This document shows, one piece after another, positions 53,852-64,000 of a stretch of DNA of 64,000 bases. Made by a program: the position numbers and the translations under genes. The notes below the pieces were generated by a model. It saw only the letters and a list, made by a program, of their open reading frames with translations. It was not told the DNA's origin and did not search any database. Position 1 is the first letter of the stretch; every line of letters begins with the position of its first letter. Origin of the DNA: Octopus vulgaris (Eukaryota); assembly GCA_951406725.2 (NCBI GenBank), contig OX597828.1:186001-250000 (forward strand). Direction: 5' to 3'.

Positions 53852-53912
<61 letters not shown>

Positions 53913-53913
<1 letters not shown>

Positions 53914-54292
53914 TAAATGGAGTTTAACGCAGGTGTAAATCAAATATTTTTACTTTCGACACATGTTTCAAAAATTCCACTGATACTATTCAAAAGAATA
54001 AATGGTATAAACAATGCAATCTTCTCTTCAGAAAAGTGAAAAAAACGAAACTCGTCAATAAGACATTTTAGCAAAAGATGATGGATTTGTATAGTGATTA
54101 ACTGAATGCTATTAATATTGTTTAAAAAACTTATATGATATAACGTTATAAGTAGCTTACAGAAAGAGTAGGGATATTAATAGTGAATGTTAAATATAAA
54201 GGAAATTAAAGTTTAAATTATATATAATGATAGAGACTACTTATATGCACTAAAGGTGTTTTTTTGCCAATGCTTACATCTGTATACTCGCT
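53913..54292 (-). mobile_element. PLE 3' end, same family as 4983-8332
   Basis: Matches 4990-5370 (pLTR plus the last ORF codons) and lies between (TA)n tracts. Confidence 0.85.
53953..54036 (-). ncRNA. Type I hammerhead ribozyme motif, canonical core
   Basis: CTTTT-CTGAAGA-stem II-GAAAC-ATGT-GTC-GAAAG. Confidence 0.78.
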
Positions 54293-55152
54293 CTATATAT
54301 ACACCTTCCCCTCTGAGGATATTATGCCCAGGTCATATAAATTTAGTATTTATTGAGTATTCATTGAAACAGCTGTAAGAGATGATGATTTATTTGCTGT
54401 TAATAATAAACAATTATTAATTTCCCAATTTCTATTTTCTTATATATAAATAAGGATGCCATTATTAATAATTAACAATAACGTAAAGACCATGCGTAAA
54501 AACCATAACGGTAAAATTATTAATTAATAATGAAGGATACAACTGGTAGTACCAGCAATGCTAAAAATTAGAAGTCAAAACGACTCATATATATTTATAT
54601 ATATGGTGGCTACCCCCTCGTTATCGAGTATGGCCATTGCACGAAGCTTAATCAATGTTGTTATCATGCAATGCCTGTGCAAGAAGATTTTTTAAAGTGA
54701 AGAAAGGCTGTGCACTGAGTCAATCCCACTCACTAAGCAACAGCAGCCATAATCCGAAAAGAAGAACAAGTCAACATCATCGATAACCACTGAGCCGCAG
54801 GTTTTATGTCAGAGTTATCCCAGTTACCTGAGTTACCTTCTCCTAGAAGGATGCCCTAACGAAGGGTAGGAGTCCTTCACTCCCAATGGTTTAACCGCGC
54901 CATCGGGTATTCAGTCCGATTATTTCTATGTCCCCGCGCATGATACAGCCTTAAGACATTTATTGGATGGCCGTTGACTCTCTAGAGTTCCTCCGCCCTT
55001 TGACGGGTTTTGTTTTTCATCCCGCAAGGTGTCCAATAAACACCCTCCTCACCAAGCAAGCTTGGTGGGGTTGCCGGTTTAGTCGCCGACGACCCGACCA
55101 TGCAACAGGTTGTACTGGGTTACATGGTACCAGTAGCACTCGAAAGTGACCT

Positions 55153-55195
<43 letters not shown>

Positions 55196-55370
55196 TGTAT
55201 GTGTGTATGAAAAGCGTACTTGCAACACCTTTAGCCTTCTTTGAAAATCGTTGGCGGGACTTGAATGTCACTTTCGACAAAGACTGACAAAGAAATAGTA
55301 CGTTGTCGGAACCTCAATTGAGTCCATCATACATACATACATACATTCATACATACGTACATATATACTC

Positions 55371-55440
<70 letters not shown>

Positions 55441-55499
55441 AAATTTAAAGCTAAGCGAGTTAGGTAGGTCAATATACAAAGTATATTAAATATTAAAAA

Positions 55500-56480
55500 T
55501 GTATATAAGGGGTGTTCGGGCTACATCACTTTATACATTGCATAAAAGGAAAAGAAAATAATATTCCATCCGAAAATATATGAATTTTAAAGAACCCAAA
55601 AATATCAGGTAGATTAAGGCTGAAACATACTCAAAGTACCCACCGTCAGCTACCACCGCGGCCTCAAGACGGTCCCGGATCCTGACACATGCATTCCTCA
55701 TTGTTTTCTTGAGAAGGTCTTCGAATATCGTCTTGATTTTGGCTTTGGTGTTGTAGTCAGAACGGTTGATGTCTTTCTCAACCGCGCTCCACGCGTAGTA
55801 AATCATAGTACTACAATCGGGGGATATAGGAAACCGGAAATTCTCTGACAACTGTTTTTGACTTCCGAAAGTATGACAAAGTGTCGAATCCTGCTGTCAT
55901 ACATATGGTCTCCCTGTAGCAACTCTTTCCAGTCAGGGTTTCACCATATTCTCTAGCATCTTTGCATAGCCGCTTGAATTGAGCCTTAGACCCTGTTCAA
56001 AGATATGGGATGAAGTCCGCTGGGCGAATACACTCATAGTTCCTGTTGTGCTCCTTCCTGCAAGCCACGGCTACGTAATCTCCGTTGCAGCTATCCATGA
56101 CACGTCTTACACCCTTAATTAATAATGAAGGATACAACTGGTAGTACCAGCAATGCTAAAAATTAGAAGTCAAAACGACTCATATATATTTATATATATG
56201 GTGGCTACCCCCTCACAGAGCTCTAAGCAACAGTTACGATGATGGCATTTTGATAACCGATGCGAATCATCATGATAGCACTTTTCCAATATTCACATGG
56301 CTTCCAGTCCTCCGTGTCAGCTTACTTTTTCTCCACTTCAACTTTAATCTTTACGCTCATCAACGCTGTTGACTCTTCACCAATGCATCCATTCCTGGAA
56401 CCAAAAAGAAGGTGGGGACATAAATAATCGTCAAATTCAGTCTCGACACCGTTACCCCTTCCCCCTCCCCCATACACTTA
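55500..56480 (-). mobile_element. Decayed Tc1/mariner (maT-like) transposon
   Basis: GRPYV.QQDS..CHT..SPDC..YYAWSAVEK..NACVRIRDRLEAAVVADGGYFE. Confidence 0.7.
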
Positions 56481-58568
56481 ATCAGGAAATGCGATTAGGA
56501 TCGCAAGATCTCTCATATACTCAGTTTCAAAATTGAGCTGACCATTAACTAATAACGTCCTCAGTTCCTCTTACAATAGAACTTGTAACCGAATCAGATG
56601 AGCTGACATCTTGGTTAAATGCTCGAATATAAATTCTGTAGAAATGTGGTAAATGTGTGTAAACCTTTTATCTTTCCTTTAACTGGTTTCAGTCACTGGG
56701 CTGCAACCATAATGAAGCACCGGTCTGAAGATTTAGTCGAACAAATCAACCCATGGGTTTGTTTTTGTAAGCCTGGTACTTATTTTATTACTATCTTTTA
56801 ACAAGCCGCTAAGTCACGGGGACATAAATAAACTAGTACCAGTTGTCATGCTGTGGTGGGGGACAAACATATACACAAACACACACACACATTTATATAT
56901 ATATAATCAACTAATAAGGGTGAGAAAATTGGATACTAATTTAATAGTACATATATGCGCCGGGCTTCTTGAATTTCCACTCACAAATTCTTGGTCGGCC
57001 CGGAGCTATAGTAGAACACACTTGCTCAGGATTGAACCCAGAACCATGTGGTTGGGCAGTATGATTGTAATAACACAGCTACCATATTTATATAGTCATG
57101 TGTATATATTATATATCACATGTGTATGCATGTAACTATATAGCTATATACATATGTGTGTGTGTGTGTTATGTATATATTTATATGTATACACCTATGA
57201 CAGTGTATCTGTGTATATATGCTCGCCTTAAAGTGTCCGCTGCTGTTTATTATTGCTATTATATAAGGTAAAGGAGATGTCAGCGTAGATTAGTAAAACC
57301 CTATGCAACAACATTTCTCTGCTTTTATTTCGACGAAGCTGATTGCTTGTTTATATAACATAAGTAAACACATTATTTCAACTCTAGCCTCACAACATAT
57401 ATACGCCGCACGGGTCAAATATACACTCACCATAATCTTCACACACACACCATCGCCTGTAATTTGCGTGTTTTTCTTTATTTATCGTTAATATAAGAAG
57501 TCTAAAAGTCGTCAAACAGGTTCCGTTATGTGACACGCAATAGATTCCCGGTCTGCCTGTCTGTTTCTCTGTTTGTTGGCAGGTCGGTCGGTCGGTCCGA
57601 CAGTAGGCTGGCTGGCCTGTAGGTTGGTTGGCTTATCGGTCGGCTTGTTTGGCTGGTTGATTGATTGTTTTTTTGGTGGGGTTCTTGTTGTGGTTGGTTG
57701 GCTGGTTGGTTGGTCGGTCGGTCTTATGCCTGACTGTTTTGCTGTTGAGTTGTTCTGGTACTTGAACCCTAAAATAACACCTGACCAAGCAGCAAGTCCC
57801 TCCTTACTGACTTCAATCCTAGAACCTCCATGGCTTATAAGTGAGCGAGATCACATTACACTGGACGTGACGCCAGTCCGTGGCAGGGTTAACTCATTTA
57901 CAGTTGTGTGAACGGCACTGCTCAAAAACACAACCTACCACCGGTCCGGAATCGAAACCACGACCATGCAATCACAATACTGTAACCATCGGGCCATGTG
58001 CTGCCACCTAATCAAGCAGTCATATTGATAAATGATATTCAAACTCTAATGAGGCCTCGATGAAACTTAAGACGGCCCTCCTCTACAACCAAATACAATA
58101 GCATTTTCCGAACGAACATTGAAAATACACCGACACCAGAAAAACGGCTCATTCATTCTTCGCATCTTTGAAATTGTCACAGCATTATCAAGGAATATTT
58201 GAAATGCAAGAAACAACGGAGAGACCATCAGCGTCTCAAGAAGGTTATTGTTATATATATATATATATTGATATTTCTTTATTGCCCACAGAGGAGACAA
58301 ACAGGACAGACAAAGGAATTAAGTCGATTACATCGCGCCCAGAGCGTAACTGGTACTTATTTAATCGACCCCGAAAAGATGAAAGGCGAAGTCGATCTCA
58401 GCGGCATTTGAACTCAGAACGTAACGGCATACGAAATACGGCTACGCATTTCGCCCGGCGTGCTAACCATTCTGCCAGTTCGACGCCTTAAATATATTTA
58501 TTAACTTATATATCTCTTTCCCTCTCTTTCTCTCGTTCTCTCTCTCTCTCTCTCTCTCTTTGTATATA

Positions 58569-58682
<114 letters not shown>

Positions 58683-59255
58683 AGTGTGTGTATGTCACAT
58701 ACATACATAATATTAATATTTCGCTCGGGCATTGCATTGCTAATAATCCGGTGTTAGAACTTAGTAAACGTATGCTTCAGAACAACGGAGACTCAGTCAA
58801 GTACAGATCGATGCTAATAAGAAACTGAGATGACAAAATCACAAACTATTATATTATGAACTTCATTGGCTTACAGCTGTTTTCTGCTATAAGATGCAAT
58901 AGACTCATAGTTGAATGTTTGAGTGTCACCATTTAGCCTAATTGGAGCTTCAAGCATGAAGTGCAATTTATTTAGGAAAACCATTTACATTTATGGATAG
59001 ACACAGAAAAGCATTACCAATGAAAACATAATTAGGAAATGAAATTTCCCCCTCAATCTCTTGAATCTCATTTCTTACATATTTATAGGTATTTTCATTG
59101 CCTATACTTTTCAGTGTATATACATAAATGTAATAGCTGAAGCTATATGTTGATACTCACACACAATTATGAGTCTATTGTACCTCATAGCAGAAAACGG
59201 CTGCGAGCTATAGAATTTCATAACATAATCGCTTATTCGTTTGCCATCCAAAATG

Positions 59256-59327
<72 letters not shown>

Positions 59328-60622
59328 TGGCACTCCGTCAGTTACTACGACGCGGGTTACAGCTGATCCGATCAACGGAACAGCCTACACGTCAAATTAA
59401 CGTGCTAGTGGCTGAGCACTCCGCAGACACGTGTATCCATAATTTAGTTCTCGGAGAGAATCTGCGTGACACAGTGTGACAAGACTGGTCCTTCGAAATA
59501 CAGATACAACAGAAATAGGAAGAAAGAGCGAAATAGGAAGAAAGTTGCGGTGAAAGAGTATAGCAAGGTTCTCCACCACCCCCTGCCGGGGCCTTGTGGC
59601 ACTTTAGGTGTTTTCGCTCAATAAATTCTCACGACGCCTGGTCTGGGAATCGAAACCGCGAATCTACGATCGCAAGTCCGCTGCCTTAACCACTGGGCCA
59701 TTGCGTCTCCACATCAGGTGAATATATCCACGAATTAAACATTAGAAAAAATTCTTAAAAAATCCTATTATATGCCATTTGATGACTCTCTGGCGAACTT
59801 CAGTCAGAGAGGAGAACCCTTTAGGGGATTGGAACGGGGGAGGGAAGCGAAAAGATGTTATAGCGGGAGGATGAATACAGCACAGGAGATGAAAATTTGG
59901 TATGGCGCTCTACCTCATAACAGATAAGGTTATTTTTAATCTGTAAATAGCTGGACGACAGAGTTCTGGCCAAAGAACTCATTAACAGATAATAGGAATC
60001 TACAGCCGGGAAATACATCATAATAAACATCCGTTGTGTACAAAGATAAAAAAAAAAAACATATAATAATTATTTAAATTTTTTGTCACAAGGGCAGCAG
60101 CTGTGATGAGTCGATTACATCGATCCCAGTGTTTTTTGCTACTTATTTTATCGACACCGAAAAGAGGAAAGGCAAAGTCGACCTCTGCGAGATTTGAACT
60201 CAGATCGTAGCAGCAAAGGAAGTACCTATAAGCATTTCCCCAGGCATGCTAACGATTCTGTCAGCTCGCCGCCTTTGAAAAAAAGGAACATATAATAATA
60301 AATCTTTTTTTTTCCGCATGATTTAACAATTCTATTCATGTCCGTTCCTGAGTTGATGGATTTTAAATTTTCACGTTTATTTGTTTTGCAGGATTCCTGG
60401 TTTTAGATTGTTTCCGGTTTAATTATTTATATTGCTTATAAAATTTGCAATGTTTATTTATACAAATGTCATGTGCATATATATTATATGCGTGTGCGCG
60501 TGCGTGTATGTGCTACATACATATGTGTGTGTATGTGTGTGCGCGCGCGCGTGTGTATGTGTGTGTGTGTGTGCATGTATATCTGTTTGTTTGTTATTTA
60601 TTTATTTGTTTCTCTTCCACAG

Positions 60623-60685
60623 CTCTTTTGGGACCAGAAAGAAAAGCAAAAACAACTTTATCAACGAGTTTCATTCCTCAAAGAG
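60623..60685 (+). CDS. Probable myosin exon L (loop 2 region; DSFGTRKKSKNNFINEFHSSK if spliced directly to exon K)
   Basis: Strong acceptor tttctcttccacAG and donor GTgagt, 63 nt. All three frames are open, so the frame is inferred only from the exon K phase. Confidence 0.6.
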
Positions 60686-61778
60686 GTGAGTCCTTTGTCA
60701 TATCATCGTCATCATCATCACCACCATCGAATGCATTATATTTATCTTCATCATCATCTTTGTATTCCTTATCACCTTTCTATTTTGCAGATCGCACCCT
60801 TCATATCATCTCCCTCCCCTTACCATCACTTCCCACTATCCCATCGTCCCCTTGTAATCCACGACCACTTCACTCATTCCATCCTTCCTTACGCTTTCGT
60901 GACTGCATCCACCCTCATCAAATCAGCTGAATCACCATCCACCAACCTCACCACTACTTAGCATCATCGAAACGCCATATCAGATACAACTCTGCCCCAC
61001 TGCAACTGACAGTTTTCTAAGCACTAATTCTCACGACATTATGACCACCACAGAAGACGAGAGAGAGAGGAATGGCTTATACAGCAGTGTCCTAGTAGTG
61101 TCATCAGCAACCCTCTAGTGGTGTCCAGTGCTTATCTATTGACGTAAATGATGGCTTTCTGCTATTTGTAAAGCCTGCAGTGGTGTGGTTTTAGCTTCAG
61201 TGGAATTGTAGTGGCTTTCTAGTGGCTTTCTCTTGTAATAGGGAGCCACTGATCCTGGAGTAGTTCTCGTAGTATCAGTAAGAATCTGATGGTGTTATTG
61301 TAACTATAGTGATTTTGTTATTGAAGGAATAGTACAGTGCCACTAGTGGTATTATTACGATCGTAGTAGTAGTATTGTAGCTGCGATTATGTTCTAGTTG
61401 GTGTAGTAGTGATGTAGTATCTACAGTGGTCTTTTAGTCAGTGCAGAAGTGTTGAGGTGACATTATACGCTTGCATTGACTATAATGTATTGGTGATTTC
61501 ATGGTATCTTGGCGTCTGTTGAGTTGTAGAAGTGATGTAGAAGTTTTATGGTAATTACAGTATTTATATATATATAAACAGAAAAAAGATGTTGAAAATG
61601 CACTTGAGATTCATTTAGATGTTTTTATATGAATCGCAGTACACTTTCAACTTTTTCCTGTTTATCTCCTCATGTGGAATAAAATAACTATGTTTATATG
61701 TTTATATTTATATACTTACATACATACAATGGTTGGTTATAAATATATATATACAAACTTACAGACATACAGGAGTTG

Positions 61779-61835
<57 letters not shown>

Positions 61836-61916
61836 AAGGGTGGAAAGGAACACACGAGTTGATATATATGAAAAAACAAGTCAAAAATAGAAAATGCTAA
61901 GATAATTTTATAGTGA

Positions 61917-61967
61917 ATCTTTCAGTACCGGTTTCGGTCATTTTGAGACCTTTTCAACTGTAACGAT
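61917..61967 (-). ncRNA. Minimal type I hammerhead, UUGAAAA core
   Basis: Reverse complement of 62221-62271. Confidence 0.72.
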
Positions 61968-62220
61968 TAAATAATTAAATTTAGAAAAATTAGAAGAAAA
62001 GTTTTTTAAAAGAATATTTCTATAGTAGTGTTCAGATATAAGTGGCATTCTGTCTTTCTTTGACTCCCTTGTTTGCACTTGTGTGTTCGAGGTCCCTCGA
62101 ACACACAAGTGCAAACAAGGGAGTCAGAGAAAGGCAGAATGCCACTTATATCTGAACACTACTATAGAAATATTCTTTTAAAAAAACTTTTCTTCTAATT
62201 TTTCTAAATTTAATTATTTA

Positions 62221-62271
62221 ATCGTTACAGTTGAAAAGGTCTCAAAATGACCGAAACCGGTACTGAAAGAT
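62221..62271 (+). ncRNA. Minimal type I hammerhead, UUGAAAA core
   Basis: CAG-TTGAAAA-GGTC-TCAAAAT-GACC-GAAAC-CG-GTA-CTG. C3U and G8A together keep the 3-8 pair; stem III is the palindrome ACCGGT. Confidence 0.72.
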
Positions 62272-62314
62272 TCACTATAAAATTATCTTAGCATTTTCTA
62301 TTTTTGACTTGTTT

Positions 62315-62370
<56 letters not shown>

Positions 62371-62377
62371 CAGAGTG

Positions 62378-62432
<55 letters not shown>

Positions 62433-62456
62433 CAGCAGCAGCAGCAGCAGTAGTAA

Positions 62457-62506
<50 letters not shown>

Positions 62507-63715
62507 TGAGGGGCATATCCTGTAACAATGCGTCGTTGCATCCACCATTTGTTGGTGATTCCATGTTAGTCCTGGCGATCGTGTCTGCAACAGCCGAACC
62601 ACAAGGTCACTTGACTTCACTCCAGAATACAGAGGTTAAGTATTATTATTAGATTGGTTATACAGAGAATATTACACTTCTATATTTATAAAAGTTTGTA
62701 GCCATAGTTGTAGCCGTGGAGGTTGTTATAGTGATGTGGTTTATCTGCAAAGCTGTATGATAATAATGGATTGTCTCTTAGCTGTAGTGGGGGTCCTTGT
62801 GTTATGTAATTACCATATTTATAGTTGTAGTATTATGAAGCCAAGAACTGTGGCAACGGCAGCGAGTTGACAAGTTTGTTACAGTGTCAAATAGAAGGCC
62901 TTGCGGAATTCTTTCCGTCATTCCTTTTTAGCATTCCGTGTTCAAATTCCATCGAAGTCAACTTCGCCAGTCATCCTTTTTTCGTGGGTGTGGCCAATAA
63001 ATAAAACATCAGCCAATAAGCCTCTTTCTTCTTCTTCTTCTTCTTCTTCTTCTTCTTCTTCTTCTTCTTCTTCTTCTTCTTCTTCTTCTTCTTCTTCTTC
63101 TTCTTCTTCTTCTTCTTCTTCTTCTTCTTCTTCTTCTTCTTCTTCTTCTTCTTCTTCTTCGTCTTCTTCTTCTCCTCCTCCCCCTTTAGAAATCCATTTT
63201 GTTTACACCCAGAGAGGGATGGACTTCGCTAGATGATTTAACATCCCATAGCACGCCGTATATCCAGAGCACGTCAGGGGTTGAAAGCTTAAAGAAGGAA
63301 GAAGTTTTAGTGGTATGCAGTTTTATCAACAAAGATAGAGTTCTTGGTATGTAAGGAGCTGCAGTAATGGTTGTAGTAGCAGAATCGTTTTATTGGAGAT
63401 CAACTGGCAGAATTGCTAGAGTGTAGGACGAAATGCCTTGCAATATTCGTTCTGGGTTTCTTCGATCTGTGTTCAAATCTCGTCAAGGTACCAGTCGAAG
63501 GCGATGAATTTAAGAATTGTTAGGACAGTAGAAGGGATACCTTGTGGTATTTAATCCTGCTCTTTTCGTATGGGCTTTTAAGCATTAAACTTGGTTTGTA
63601 GGTTGGCTGACTGTTTGGTCTCTCCGCTCACGCTTTATCCGGTACATAGCCACTACACTTAATCCGTCATTCGGCTATATGCGTATTGTTATAAACCGAG
63701 TACATTTTGCGAAGT

Positions 63716-63809
63716 TCACTCAGCTAATGTGCCACTCTGCTGGGTGTCTTTAGCGGGGGTCACTCAGCTAATGTGCCATTCTGCTGGATGCATTTAACGG
63801 GATTCACTC
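63716..63809. repeat. 44-bp minisatellite, ~2.1 copies
   Basis: TCACTCAGCTAATGTGCCA.TCTGCTGG.. recurs at 63716 and 63760, with a partial third unit at 63804. Confidence 0.7.
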
Positions 63810-64000
63810 TGTTACAAGCATGAGGTTCAGGCCACTGCTTTGAGGATAACTTCTTCCCTCTCACCCACCATCTCAGAAGCCCTAAGTAAGCGGTAAAAAT
63901 CTACGGAACTGCAGTGTTGAATTATCTGCGGATTTGCATGGATTATTGTAGTGTTATTTCTTCATCGTTCAACTGTAAAAGGCACACAACCACCTCCCTC

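Larger units (their letters stand above)
61862..62326. repeat. 465-bp near-perfect palindrome with a U3-A8 hammerhead in each arm
   Basis: Arms at 61862-62092 and 62095-62326 with a 2-nt spacer, a few mismatches and one indel. Inserted in (TA)n. Confidence 0.92.

Noticed and set aside
58865-59212. Inverted degenerate pLTR/hammerhead remnants (58865-58910 vs 59166-59212)
   Set aside because: The core is broken in both copies (CTATGA / TTATGA); too decayed to call a ribozyme.
60392-60416. 25-nt micro-exon candidate (EIPGFRLFP)
   Set aside because: Good acceptor but weak donor (GTTTAA) and no protein motif support; needs RNA-seq.

Overview
AT-rich, microsatellite-dense animal genomic DNA. The SINE and repeat repertoire suggests an octopus or other coleoid cephalopod, which is an inference. 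The window lies inside one + strand gene. Eleven GT-AG exons with fully consistent phases (11823-51655, 1547 nt) plus one probable exon (60623-60685) encode the central part of a class III-like myosin motor domain with a non-canonical P-loop (GLSGSGKT) and switch II (DMSGFE); both ends of the gene lie outside the window. The introns are filled with transposons: Penelope-like retroelements (PLEs; one nearly full-length copy at 4983-8332) sitting in (TA)n tracts, Dong/R4-like REL-endonuclease LINEs sitting in (TAA)n tracts, several tRNA-derived SINE families, DD37D (maT) transposase relics and a duplicated Helitron-like 5' end. The most striking hidden layer is about 15 type I hammerhead ribozyme motifs from several unrelated PLE families, including compensated U3-A8 core variants. 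Many sit in fold-back or palindromic elements that put one ribozyme on each strand. Also present: a candidate retained 5'UTR intron in the PLE, and two exact local templated duplications inserted into transposon ORFs.
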